A DNA stretch of 64,000 nt from Macrostomum hystrix (taxonomy: Eukaryota; Animalia; Platyhelminthes). A program made the position numbers and the translations under genes. Every line of letters starts with the position of its first letter. Position 1 is the first letter of the stretch. Shown piece by piece: positions 24,771-35,394 of the stretch. The notes under the pieces are model-generated. The model ran no database searches and was not told the origin of the DNA. It was given only the letters and a program-made list of their open reading frames with translations. The stretch lies in assembly GCA_950097015.1 (NCBI GenBank), contig CATNEN010000019.1:124001-188000 (forward strand), given 5' to 3'.

Positions 24771-25190
24771 ATGATTGAAACCAGAACCGTGAATAAAATC
24801 AGCAGAATTATCGACTCTAAGAAGCCAGGAGTTGTATCAATTAAAGGTGTCAAAGTCAAAGTAGATCCAATCCAGCAAATGATCCATTGTAACAATCAAA
24901 CGCACAATATCACTGATGAGAAGACAGGTGGGATTCTTCCTTTGCTAACTCTTATCCCCATCATCGCAGGTGCTCTTGGTGCTGCAGGAGGTGTAGCCGG
25001 CGGAGTTGCATCAGCTGTGAAGGCTGGCAATGACAGAGCACATCAACAAGAGATGGAGAAAATCGCTAGAGAAAAAGGAGTCAGAATCGGAATGGGTAGT
25101 TGTGAATCTGATGATGAAGTCAGCAAATCAGAAATCGTTAAAGCCATCATGACACTGCATAAAGCAGGATTTACAATACTCCGGATGTGA
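24771..25190 (+). CDS. Adenovirus pX-like core/membrane-peptide precursor
   Basis: GGILPLLTLIPIIAGALGAAGG resembles the adenoviral pX C-terminal peptide (GGILPLLIPLIAAAIGA, from recall) and follows a GG putative adenain site. Confidence 0.7.
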   Translation: MIETRTVNKISRIIDSKKPGVVSIKGVKVKVDPIQQMIHCNNQTHNITDEKTGGILPLLTLIPIIAGALGAAGGVAGGVASAVKAGNDRAHQQEMEKIAREKGVRIGMGSCESDDEVSKSEIVKAIMTLHKAGFTILRM

Positions 25191-25314
25191 AAACGAAACA
25201 GAACAGAATCTGCTCTCATAACTATATTTAGCACTGTTGGTAGTAGTTTGCCATACTTTGCACTTCACTTGAGGGTGACCACCCAAAATTTTTTTTATAA
25301 AACTTTCATTAAAA

Positions 25315-28300
25315 ATGCCTAAAGCAAATCCAGAAAAAAAATTTGTCGAATCTTTCTTTCAAAATAATTATCCTCAAGCCTCTTCTTTTCAGCAGAAAAG
25401 TAAAGTTTTGCAAGAGCTTTGCAGGCAGAAATTCAATACAGATCCAGGCTACCTCGGGAGCTATGCAAAGCTGCAAGAAATTATTAATCACCTTCAATCA
25501 TCAGAGCAGTACACACCCGTGATGAACCCTGCAGCTGAGCATCAACAAAAGAGCCGCAGCTTAGTCAATAAGTATGAGACAGTCACAGGTCAAAAAGTGT
25601 CGAAATACCCACAGAATAAGCAAGAGCAAGAAGATCTAGAACGTACAATCCACCAGGTTGAAGCAGAGCTACAAGCAGAGCTACAAACTGAAGACCTTAA
25701 ATTTGCACAGAGAAAATTCACAGAGTATTATATTGAGTACACAATCCAGGAAGACACCACAAATTCCCAATCCGACATTTACGACTTCAAAGACAGAATT
25801 CAATCAGTAATTGATCACACACTGAAGTCACGTAAGACCTTCAAGCTTCAGTTATCATTCAAGATTGAATTTTACATGCCTGCAAAACCCACTGAGCGTC
25901 TTGAATACTACATGACTACTAAAGCTCTACCCTTTACTCCCACTGACACACAGGATCCCTTTCTTCAAGAGATCAGTAAAAAGATTGACGCCTTTACTTC
26001 CAGAGGATCAGGTTGGGTTGTCAATGGCATTCAAAAAGCTACAGTAATGATCATGAAATATGACCCTCTCAAAGCTTCATCATATATTGAGCTCCCGAAA
26101 AAGCTAGCGAGTAAAAAAGCATGCATCCATGTGCAAAATTATGACCAATGCTGTGCACTATGGGCGGTTTGGTCTGCAATATTGTATGAGAAAGATCGAG
26201 CCCATCCAGAGAGAACTTCTCATTATAAAATGTATTTTGACGCAAAACTTTTAGAATGCCATGCTAAAGGAATTTCCTTCAATAGAGGCGGCTTGGCAAT
26301 CGATCAAATCCCAAAGCTAGAGGAAGTATTTAACAATAAAATCAGAATCACAGTCTTTGAATGGGATGAGAAGAGCGAAAAAGTACAATTAGTCAGAGCC
26401 AGTAAAAACACGCTAGATCCTGAAGGTAGGCGTCGCATAGATGTCGATCTTCTAATCATAGGTGATTTGCGAGAAAATGCCCACTACGTTTGGATTAAAG
26501 ATCTTTCCAGGCTCCTCCACAAGCAAATGAACAATCATCATGAATCGGTAGCAATCTGCCGTCTTTGTCTGAAGCATTATAGTGGACCCGATCGTGATGA
26601 AAAACTTAAAGAGCATGAACTGACCTGTGAAGATCATCCAACCAACTGCACACTTCCAACGGATAAGCATCTCAGATTTATCACAAGATGGAGAAGCTCC
26701 CTTTTATAGTATACGCTGACTTCGAATGCACTATAAACCCTGAAACCAATAAGCATGTCCCAAATTCTGTTGCGTATCTCTTTATTGGAAGAGACTCTTT
26801 TATTTGCTCAAACTATTGCTCAAACTATTTCTTTGGTGACCAGTGTGTTGAACAATTCATTTACTCGATGATGGAATTACAGAAAAATGTTGCTGCCATT
26901 CAGCCTGTTCCAATAATTATGTCCGATCAAGATGAAATCGACTTCGGATCTGCAACTCATTGTCACATTTGCCGAAAGCTATTAACACCCTGCGACGTCA
27001 AAAACCACACAGTCAGAGATCACGATCACTTCACAGGAAAATTTAGAGGGGCAGCTCATAACACCTGTAATCTGAAACTTCAGAAAAACATCCGCGACCT
27101 TACCATTTTCTTCCATAACGGAAGGGGATATGATTATCACTTATTGGTTGAGAAGCTAGGTATGATACCAGGCATTAAACTAGATTGCATCGCAGAGAAC
27201 AAAGAAAAGTTCAAGTGCATTGATATTAAGCGAGATTCAGGCAAGATTAAGATCAAAGATTCATTCCAGTTTCTGGCCGCAAGTCTCGATGCTTTGAGTA
27301 AAAATCTCACCGATGACCAATGTACTTATACCAAGATGCTGGCAGATTCCCCAGATTCATTTAAGCTTCTTAGAAAGAAAGGTGTCTACCCTTATGAATG
27401 TAATCACGTCTTTGCAGAACCACTACCACCCAAGGACAAGTTCTTTTCAAAGCTAACAAACTCTGGGATTTCTGATGAAGATTATGAGCATGCTCAGACT
27501 GTTTACAAACATTTTAACTGTCGAAACTTTCTTGATTATCACATGCTTTACCTTTGGACTGATGTCTTTCTTCTAGCTGATGTATTTGAAACCTTTAGAA
27601 AGACCTGGTACTCTGCTTATGGTCTTGACCCCGCTCATTATGTGTCTTTGCCTGCTACCAGTTGGGAATCATTGCTTAAAATGAAATGGGATCAAAATCC
27701 CAACTGGTACATCGAGCTGCTTACAGACATAGACATGTACAACTTTATAGATTCATCTAAGAGAGGTGGCATCTCTATTTGTGTCCATAGGTATGCAAAG
27801 GCAAACAATCCGTATCTAGAAGACTATGATAAAGAAAAGCCTTCAAACTACATCATTTATCTGGATGCCAACAACCTCTATAGTTGGGCTATGAGCCAAG
27901 ATTTACCTGTTAGAGATTTTAGGTGGCTAACAGAATACAACACAGACTTTTCAATACCTGCGATCTATGAAGTTGATGTTGAAATCCCGTGGGAACTTCA
28001 CGACTATTTCTCTGACTTTGCCCCCTTCCCTGAGAACATTAACTGTCCAAAGATAATCCAGTACAGTGGAAGCTGGCAGCTATCAACAGAAAAAGAGCAT
28101 GTGAAGAAATTGACACAAAATCTCATGAACAAGACACGCTATAAAATCCACTACAAACTGTTGCGGTATTTTATCTCCCTAGGCTGTAGGGTCACGAAAG
28201 TTCACAGGGCTCTCGCATTCACAGAAGAAGCGTGGATGAAGCCATACATAGAAAAAAACACCCAGTTTAGAACTAAAGCAACAAACAGCTTTGACAAGGA

Positions 28301-29104
28301 CCTGTTCAAGCTTGCAAACAACTCTGTCTATGGCAAGACCCTAGAAAACGAACGCAACCGCACCAACCTGAAACTCGTTACCTGTCATGAGCATGGTGTC
28401 ATTCAGACAAGTTTATCAAAGCCCACTTTCAAAGAGCTTCATATCTTTAATGATTACTTGGGCGCCATACTGTTCTATAAGACTAAAGTTACCCTATGCA
28501 AGCCGATATTCACAGGTGTGACTGTACTCGATGAGTCGAAGCGTCTGATGTATAAATTCTTCTATGACATGAAGCGGCAATATGGTGAACAACTGAAACT
28601 TCTATATACTGACACAGACTCCCTAATTCTAAACATACAGACTGAGGATGTCTATCAGGACATGTTAATCAAAAACATCTGTATGACCTATCCGAATATC
28701 CAGAGTCCTTCAAGACTTTGAAAGGCGATCAAGTACGTGATACAACAAATCAAAAAGTTGTAGGAAAAATGAAGGATGAAACGGCTGGCACCCTCATTAC
28801 AGAGTTTATCGGTTTGAGGCCAAAGTCCTATTTTGTTGAAAGTTGTAAGTCTACCATTAAAAAATCAAAAGGAATCCCAAAACATGTTGTTAAAAACGAT
28901 CTCCATGAAGCTTCATACAAGGACGCATTGATCAATAATAAAAACACCACCCATGAATTTATGAAACTGCAGTCTAAGAACCACAACATTCACACAATTC
29001 AACAGAAGAAGATAGGCCTCTCAGGTGCCGATAACAAACGACATATCTTTGATGACAACATTAACAGCCTACCATTTGGACACTATAGATTAAATAATTT
29101 GTAA
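25315..29104 (+). pseudogene. Protein-primed family B DNA polymerase (pPolB) with an endonuclease VII-like insert; two frameshifts (about 26690 and 28660)
   Basis: ExoI FIVYADFEC, ExoII FFHNGRGYD, RKKGVYPY, YLDANNLYSWAM, KLANNSVYGK, YTDTDS and KVVGKMKDE motifs. His-Me finger CHIC...VRDHDHFTGKFRGAAHNTCN. Confidence 0.96.
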
Positions 29105-29136
29105 CGAAATTTGTAACAAAAAATTTGTAAAAAAAA

Positions 29137-29577
29137 ATGACAACCAATATTTATTTAGAAGAGCTAGCTCAGCAATTAAAAATCCCAAACTTCCGAGGCG
29201 TCTTTATGAAGGATACACTGCCAGAAACCCCACTAGAAAAAGAATGTGGAATCATGAACTTTGACCCTGCAGAAAAGCCAGGTTCTCATTGGGTTTGTTG
29301 GGTAATTGATCCGAACCGTAAACACAAGTACTATTACTTTGATAGCTATGGTACGGCCGTGCCTGAAGTGCTGAGAAATTATATGACTCATATGAGACAT
29401 AAAATGAGACATAAAATATACCGCTCAGATTTTATACTCCAGGGTATTAACAGTGATATTTGTGGTGAGCTGTGTATGACCGTTTTGTATGCAATGACCC
29501 ACACCCGAAAAAGTTACAAAGAAATCATTTTAGGGCTGAAAAAAATAATTTTTTTAGGTCCCATTAGGTCCTGTTAA
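29137..29577 (+). CDS. Adenain-like maturation cysteine protease
   Basis: GSHW, YFDSYG and LQ...ICGELC provide the H/D/Q/C catalytic set. Confidence 0.93.
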   Translation: MTTNIYLEELAQQLKIPNFRGVFMKDTLPETPLEKECGIMNFDPAEKPGSHWVCWVIDPNRKHKYYYFDSYGTAVPEVLRNYMTHMRHKMRHKIYRSDFILQGINSDICGELCMTVLYAMTHTRKSYKEIILGLKKIIFLGPIRSC

Positions 29578-30187
29578 TTTTCGCTACTTTCGCGACATGC
29601 TGTTTGAACACGTTCTCCAGATCATTTCTTAGCTGGCTCATTTCATCAATGGTATTTAGATTAAGCCTAACTCGTTGCTCATAGAGGTCTTGAATGTTTT
29701 TAAACTCATCCTCTGAAATGAACTTGTCTTCAATCGCCTTTGAGATGTACCCGATGATAGAGCTTTGTACTGATTTCTCATTTGTTTGCTTCGCATGTAG
29801 ATGCTTTAGCTTTTGTCGTCTGTTCCGTGATAGTGCTCCTGTAACTGCTGAAATCAGACCACATGTGGCACCAGCAGCTCCGAGTGGAATGGCGATTGGT
29901 ACAGTGATTACAGGAAGTGTTGAAACAGCAGCTGCTGATCCCGATAGAACAGATGCAGATCCAAGAAACATATTAAGGTAATCGATGACCTTGCACTCTC
30001 TATTATAGCGCTTCAGTTTCTTGGTATTATGATCAATTTGCCGTTCAATATCAGCTCGCATCTTTTGAATCTCCACCAATCTGAATTGCTGCGAGTTACA
30101 AGTGAAAGTTGGGTAAAGGGGTTGTTGTGGGCTTGGGTTGTTTGGAGGCGCACTAGGTTCATATAGAGAGTTAATTTTTTCAGACAT
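29564..30187 (-). CDS. Conserved Polinton membrane protein (GasderminX-like in adintovirus nomenclature)
   Basis: LYP...QQFRLVEI N-terminus, two Gly/Ala/Ser-rich hydrophobic segments, and ISKAIEDKFISEDEF. Pattern recognised from recall. Confidence 0.75.
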   Translation of the reverse strand: MSEKINSLYEPSAPPNNPSPQQPLYPTFTCNSQQFRLVEIQKMRADIERQIDHNTKKLKRYNRECKVIDYLNMFLGSASVLSGSAAAVSTLPVITVPIAIPLGAAGATCGLISAVTGALSRNRRQKLKHLHAKQTNEKSVQSSIIGYISKAIEDKFISEDEFKNIQDLYEQRVRLNLNTIDEMSQLRNDLENVFKQHVAKVAKINRT

Positions 30188-30218
30188 TTATTGAACGAAA
30201 AAAAATTATATAAATTTT

Positions 30219-30947
30219 TTATGACCTTTCTCGCAAATCTGTTGCACGCCTTGCCGCCTCCCTTGATGCCTCTTCTGATGGTCCATCAGATACTCTTGCT
30301 TCTTCAATGTCAATGTCTGGCAGATTGTGCAGTCTCTCTAGTCGGCCGAGTCTTCTTTTCGTTTTCCCCCAGTCGTTGTATATCCTATTCAAATACTCAG
30401 TGTGTCTTGTTACGTTTAGCCCCATGGTTCTTAGTGTTTCCTTTGTTTCATTTGCTAGTCTCTGAAGAGTTGTTATATCTGACTCTGCTGCTGTGAGTCG
30501 CGAACTCAATCTATCATGCACAGTGCTTGATCTTAGCATAAAGGCTTCTAAATTTCGAACTTTATTTGAATTTTCTGTTACTCTTTCTTCCACCAAGTTT
30601 GCTCGATTATTAATGGCAGTTCTCAGAGTGGCGATGTCTGATCTCAGAGTGGCGATGTCTGATCTCAGAGTGGGTATCGCTGCAACAAGAGTATCCCGAT
30701 CATGAACAAACTGTACATATAGTATGTCAATCTCTTCCTTCCGTTTTGCTACGCTCAACCGCAGGTCTTCCATGTTTATTTGTCGTTGGTGTGTTGCCCG
30801 CTCTAGGGCTTTCAAGCGATCTTTAATGAGTTTGATTTCTGGAACTTTTTCGTCAACATTTATATAACGCCTGTCAAGGTAAGAAACTTGAGCACTAGTG
30901 AGTGTGCTTCCGCGATCCAACGATTCACCTGCAAAATTAATAGACAT
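30219..30947 (-). CDS. Coiled-coil protein (possible fibre/spike)
   Basis: 242-aa ORF with long heptad runs, including a 21-nt duplication (IATLRSD IATLRSD IATLRTA). Function inferred only. Confidence 0.65.
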   Translation of the reverse strand: MSINFAGESLDRGSTLTSAQVSYLDRRYINVDEKVPEIKLIKDRLKALERATHQRQINMEDLRLSVAKRKEEIDILYVQFVHDRDTLVAAIPTLRSDIATLRSDIATLRTAINNRANLVEERVTENSNKVRNLEAFMLRSSTVHDRLSSRLTAAESDITTLQRLANETKETLRTMGLNVTRHTEYLNRIYNDWGKTKRRLGRLERLHNLPDIDIEEARVSDGPSEEASREAARRATDLRERS

Positions 30948-30972
30948 TTTTTAATAGAAATTTTAAATTAAT

Positions 30973-31773
30973 TTAAATTACAGTTCTTTTTTCTTTGTTG
31001 ATCATCACAAACTGGTAAGGTTGATTCCACTTTTCATAGCAAAGATTAACGAATTCCTCCTGTGAAATCTTTCTGTTGGAGTTTTTTGTTGGATTTACAA
31101 AATAGGCAGGCGCAATGACCTCATTGTAAAATCTTTTTAGCCTGTCCTGTGGAATTGTTGGAAACAGGAGGATCAGATTGCAGTTCCCACGAATTGTTTT
31201 GTTCGGGAGCTCGAACCAGTTCTGGGCAATGTAAATTACGTTACAATTGTTGTGCCGTCCTCTTGTAAAATAGTTTTCTATCTGCTTCTGTGGGCCTGTC
31301 ATACAATCATCAAAGACAATCAAATGTTTTCTCCCCTTTTCTAGCTCATCTGGTTGGGGTAGAAGTTTGGTCTTAGGATCAACCTGCGGATCTCCATAGG
31401 TGAACACTTTAATGTTCTGCCATTTTTCATTGTCTTTGAGGTGCTTTGCAAATTCGGCAGCTACAATTTCTGGGTTACTGGGAAGGCTCTTTTGGTTATT
31501 AAAACATTGAATAATGTGTTCTTTGTGCAGTCTGTTTTGAAGTCCAGAGATCAACATTTTATACTCATCTTGATACAGGGTGGGAGAGTAGATGTGCAGA
31601 GTGTCATAGTCGATAAAGCCAGGTCTAAGAAGCATGTTAAAGACTCTGAATGTTTTGCCTGAACCTGATGAACCAACAACAATGCATCTGAAGTGACCCG
31701 GGATTGACTCATGATGAGAAAACTTAATCTGATTACGTGTCCAGTGAGGATTGAAGTCGTTTGAAAAGTCCAT
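30973..31773 (-). CDS. FtsK/A32-like genome packaging ATPase
   Basis: Walker A IVVGSSGSGKT, Walker B LIVFDD, and FTRGRH...IAQ motif. Start placed at the A-tract ATG at 31773. Confidence 0.95.
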   Translation of the reverse strand: MDFSNDFNPHWTRNQIKFSHHESIPGHFRCIVVGSSGSGKTFRVFNMLLRPGFIDYDTLHIYSPTLYQDEYKMLISGLQNRLHKEHIIQCFNNQKSLPSNPEIVAAEFAKHLKDNEKWQNIKVFTYGDPQVDPKTKLLPQPDELEKGRKHLIVFDDCMTGPQKQIENYFTRGRHNNCNVIYIAQNWFELPNKTIRGNCNLILLFPTIPQDRLKRFYNEVIAPAYFVNPTKNSNRKISQEEFVNLCYEKWNQPYQFVMINKEKRTVI

Positions 31774-31820
31774 TTTTTCTATGATGAAAAATAAATAATA
31801 AAAAAAGTAAATCATTTATA

Positions 31821-31990
31821 AGATGTGTCTTTTTGGGACTTAGACGTGTCTATTTGGGACTTAGATGTGTCTATTTGGGACTTAGATGTGTCTATTTGGG
31901 ACTTAGATGTGTCTATTTGGGACTTAGATGTGTCTATTTGGGACTTAGATGTGTCTATTTGGGACTTAGATGTGTCTTTTTAGGACTAGT
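31821..31990. repeat. 21-bp tandem repeat (about 8 units) upstream of the ATPase
   Basis: Unit GGGACTTAGATGTGTCTATTT, contiguous with no spacers. Confidence 0.95.
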
Positions 31991-32067
31991 CTTGTACCCT
32001 TACATGTCTTGTACCCTCGAAAAGCACCCTTTTTTCATTTTTTCGGCATTTTTTATTAGGGAAGAAA

Positions 32068-33255
32068 TTATTTTTTGTTAAAACGTGAAAGCAGAAGCTC
32101 TCTTGCCCGTTTGTCGATATACTTCTTTTCCATCATTTTGTCCAGGATGTTTACAAATTCTTTTCTATTTTCGTCTTTCATGCCAGTCTTTGCAGCTCCA
32201 AGAAGAACGGCCACTCGCTTATAGATGTCAGAAATTCCTTTTCCAGTGGGGTTTTCAAGAAATGATTGGTCGGTAGAGGACCGGTCAGTGGAGGACTGGT
32301 CGGTGGAGGACTGGTCTGAAGGTGAACTCACTACTGGTCTTTGTTGTGGTGTGAACACTCTTGCTTTGATTTTATCCATTCGATCTGGGGAGAAATTTTC
32401 TAGTTGTTGCCAGGCATCCGGGTACTTACTCTTATAATTAGCTACTTGAGTCGGACCTGCCTTTTCAAGTTCACTGAGTACGTCTTCGGGTTTCATTGTT
32501 TGTTGCTGCTGTGGCGGTTGCTGCTGTGGCGGTTGCTGCTGTGGCGGTTGCTGTTCTAGATATTTTATGGCATCTTCTTGATCTGGCAAACCAAACCATT
32601 GTTTAAAATGCTTGTACTTTTTGAATCTAGTCAGGATGACACCGTTGTCATGCATTATTTTCAGAACTTGTGGGACCTTTAGTATTTCTATATCTCTAGC
32701 AAGAGCAAAACTCACTAGATCTCTATAGTTCTTTAGCTGCTTGTCCGAAATTTTCTCTTGGTTCTTAGTCATAAAATTCAGTAAGGTTTCTGTGTAAATT
32801 ATTCTCTTAGTTTCTGAGCCTTTGACAACAGAGATATGGTTCTTATTTATGTCGATATAATATTCCACTGGTTCATTAAAAATGTTTTTTCTCCACATGC
32901 TTATTCCAAATACATATTTCCCATCATGTTCTACACGTTCTACTGGTCCAAAAATGTTATCTGTCACTTTTAGTGATTGTGATTGATGCGATTCTGCAGA
33001 TTGTTGTATCTGCGGTGCTTCTGGAATTTTGTCCAAAGCCTTTTGCACCTGGGTTTCCTGTATGTCGTCAATAGTTTCTTTGACTTGATCTATATTTTTC
33101 TTAGCTTCTCCATACCCGGGTTTATGAAACTCTGTGGCTGCTTGGACAAACTCATTGTAGGATTGTTGCTCCTTATTGATTAGCCCGGTAACTCTCTTTT
33201 CTGCTTGTGCTAGCTTCTCCAATTCAGATATTTGGTGCGCATTTTTTCGCTTCAT
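32068..33255 (-). CDS. Polinton hypothetical protein (395 aa)
   Basis: Intact ORF with QQPPQ and STDQS repeats. The C-terminal GKG-ISDIYKRVAVLLGAAKTG helix resembles conserved Polinton ORF ends (from recall). Confidence 0.75.
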   Translation of the reverse strand: MKRKNAHQISELEKLAQAEKRVTGLINKEQQSYNEFVQAATEFHKPGYGEAKKNIDQVKETIDDIQETQVQKALDKIPEAPQIQQSAESHQSQSLKVTDNIFGPVERVEHDGKYVFGISMWRKNIFNEPVEYYIDINKNHISVVKGSETKRIIYTETLLNFMTKNQEKISDKQLKNYRDLVSFALARDIEILKVPQVLKIMHDNGVILTRFKKYKHFKQWFGLPDQEDAIKYLEQQPPQQQPPQQQPPQQQQTMKPEDVLSELEKAGPTQVANYKSKYPDAWQQLENFSPDRMDKIKARVFTPQQRPVVSSPSDQSSTDQSSTDRSSTDQSFLENPTGKGISDIYKRVAVLLGAAKTGMKDENRKEFVNILDKMMEKKYIDKRARELLLSRFNKK

Positions 33256-33286
33256 TTTTTATTTTATTTTTTTTAGTTTAAAAAAA

Positions 33287-34573
33287 ATGAACGACCCACT
33301 GACACCAGTTTTCTACAAAATTAACAAGCCTATTTTGAGTGATGATAGCACAATCAAAGCGACTCAAGTAAGAGTTCCCAGTCAGGAAAATCAGAATGAA
33401 ACTAATCTTGGTCCTGGTCAAACACTGACATTCACCTACAATGGATGTTCGTCTCTGGTTAGTGTGCACAGTCTTAAGAGCGGCTTCCATATGACATTTC
33501 AATTCAAGACAAAGGGAGGTGCGGATGCAGCTCATGCTAACGCTGACAAGCATGATGCAGATGTGGCTCTGATTAGTAACTTTTGGGCGTACATGTTCAA
33601 GGAGTTTAGCGTATCGAGTGGGAGCACAGAGTTGGAGCGAATCGCCAACTTTGGAATTGTCTATGACGCTCATTGTTTGATCGAGAATCCAGATTTTATT
33701 CAGTTGGGGAGTGGTGCAGGTTTCATTGTAGATGAAAAAGAAGGAGATATCAATGACAGTGGCTATAAAAAGAGGAAGAAGATATACAACTATGCATTGC
33801 AAGGTGCTGATGATGCTGCTAAGAACCCGCTGTATCGGTCTGTTGATGTATTCGTACCACTGAGATTCATGAGCGGATTCTGTAACACATTTAATCGCCT
33901 GACTAGTAATTTCAGCTACACCTTTAAGATGACTAGAGATGATCGCAGTAGAGTGTTGTGGACTGGGGCGGACCACACTAGGATGGAAGTGAAGCTAACC
34001 GGAATCGAGCTGTATTTGGAAGTCATTGAGCCAAAGACCGCACTAAAAGCAGATTATCTCAAGGCCATAGAGAAGGACATTGATGTCGCCTACACGGCCT
34101 ACATGTGTCGAGATGAGCGAAACGAAACCAGAACAAACATCTGCATTAAAGAGGGATCATGCAGCAATCCAAGGTATATTATTATTAACATGAGAAACCC
34201 AAATAACATTATACGCTACATGCATGGAGACGTGCGGTCCATTCAGCATGAAATCAGTGATAATCTTTACCCTGCACTGCCACAAAATGGAAATTTCAGT
34301 CAGAACAAGATTAGCAAATTTTACAGCGAGTTGGTCGACTTGGCTGTGAAAGAGAACAATGGAATTGCTATCACTGCTCTTCAATATGGAACTCTTTATC
34401 CGATGTTTGGCGCTGATGTGTCTGCCAGACAAATGCCTACTGATAACAGCCCTGTGAATATCGTGACTAACATTGAGAGGACTGCCGCAACTGCTGTTGA
34501 CCTGTACATTATCTATGCGTTCGAGAGGAAGGTGAAGCTTAACATGATCAACAATTCATCCAGTAAAGTTTAA
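33287..34573 (+). CDS. Major capsid protein (double jelly-roll, hexon-like)
   Basis: 428 aa, beta-rich. N-terminal DDSTIK...QNETNL...TF pattern and VPLRFMSGF motif; lies immediately before the penton-like gene. Confidence 0.82.
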   Translation: MNDPLTPVFYKINKPILSDDSTIKATQVRVPSQENQNETNLGPGQTLTFTYNGCSSLVSVHSLKSGFHMTFQFKTKGGADAAHANADKHDADVALISNFWAYMFKEFSVSSGSTELERIANFGIVYDAHCLIENPDFIQLGSGAGFIVDEKEGDINDSGYKKRKKIYNYALQGADDAAKNPLYRSVDVFVPLRFMSGFCNTFNRLTSNFSYTFKMTRDDRSRVLWTGADHTRMEVKLTGIELYLEVIEPKTALKADYLKAIEKDIDVAYTAYMCRDERNETRTNICIKEGSCSNPRYIIINMRNPNNIIRYMHGDVRSIQHEISDNLYPALPQNGNFSQNKISKFYSELVDLAVKENNGIAITALQYGTLYPMFGADVSARQMPTDNSPVNIVTNIERTAATAVDLYIIYAFERKVKLNMINNSSSKV

Positions 34574-34596
34574 ATATTTTTTTTCGGGGCTGAAAA

Positions 34597-35394
34597 ATGG
34601 AAGCGATTGCTGAAAGACTAAATAATATTATTTCTCACTCTAAGGAGAGCATTCCTGTTACAATAGCTGGGCGAATTAATGACCCAAACGGGATATTTGT
34701 TGAAAAATTAGAGCAGGCGATTCGCCTGGATCCAAGTGCTAATTACCATGTATATCTTAACGACTTCACTGGTTGGTCAAACGTTCCCAATGTGACAGCA
34801 GCAAATAATAAGTTTCATTACAAATGGAGAGGTGCAGCAGCAGAAGCTGTGGTATTCCCTGTGAGCACGCAAAGTGTGGATACCTACAATTACTTTCTAG
34901 AAAATATTTTTACTAAAAGAGGTCATTTTGAAACACCCAATGAGAGCAAGCCAGAGAAGAAACTGTTCCCTGTCAAACTATCCTATGATCTCACTGTAAT
35001 GAGAGTGGTCATGCAAGTTCACAAAGATGCTGAGGTTGAATTTAAAGATGACACATGGTATAGGGAATTGGGATTCGAGAAGAAAGTTTATAAAAACGGT
35101 CTGTTCTTAGCACCCAGTATCGCAGATATTGTAAAGGGTTTGAATATTCTAATCAGAAGTAATCTCAGTCGTGATTGGGTATTTAAGGGAAAGCGAACGA
35201 ATATTTTGTACAACATCTCAAACTCTGTTCCTGGAGGACAGATGCTGGTAGAGAAACCAAATCCAGTGAAAAGAGTTGTGCTAAGTAATAAGGAGATTCA
35301 CGAGATTGAGCTGCAGTTTGAGACTGAAGATGGTGTTGGCGTTGATTTCAACGGTGAAGAGTTTGTATTGACGTTGATCATTGAGCGAATGTAA
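34597..35394 (+). CDS. Minor capsid protein (penton-like)
   Basis: IRLDP..NY.VYL..FTGWSNVPNVT..NNKF.Y start and EIELQFETEDG..VDFNGE...LTL.I end, typical of Polinton pentons. Confidence 0.85.
   Translation: MEAIAERLNNIISHSKESIPVTIAGRINDPNGIFVEKLEQAIRLDPSANYHVYLNDFTGWSNVPNVTAANNKFHYKWRGAAAEAVVFPVSTQSVDTYNYFLENIFTKRGHFETPNESKPEKKLFPVKLSYDLTVMRVVMQVHKDAEVEFKDDTWYRELGFEKKVYKNGLFLAPSIADIVKGLNILIRSNLSRDWVFKGKRTNILYNISNSVPGGQMLVEKPNPVKRVVLSNKEIHEIELQFETEDGVGVDFNGEEFVLTLIIERM

Noticed and set aside
31821-31990. CRISPR-like appearance of this and other tandem arrays (12125, 17915, 63165)
   Set aside because: Units are contiguous without unique spacers, there are no cas genes, and the context is eukaryotic.
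33176-33286. N-terminal extension of the major capsid ORF in the ORF track
   Set aside because: It overlaps the divergent 395-aa gene and an A/T-rich promoter gap; the ATG at 33287 fits the viral start context.
23279-35394. Idea that the intronless, compact viral gene block is contamination or a chimeric join
   Set aside because: It is bounded by TIRs and a perfect TSD, and its removal rebuilds a host exon-intron junction.
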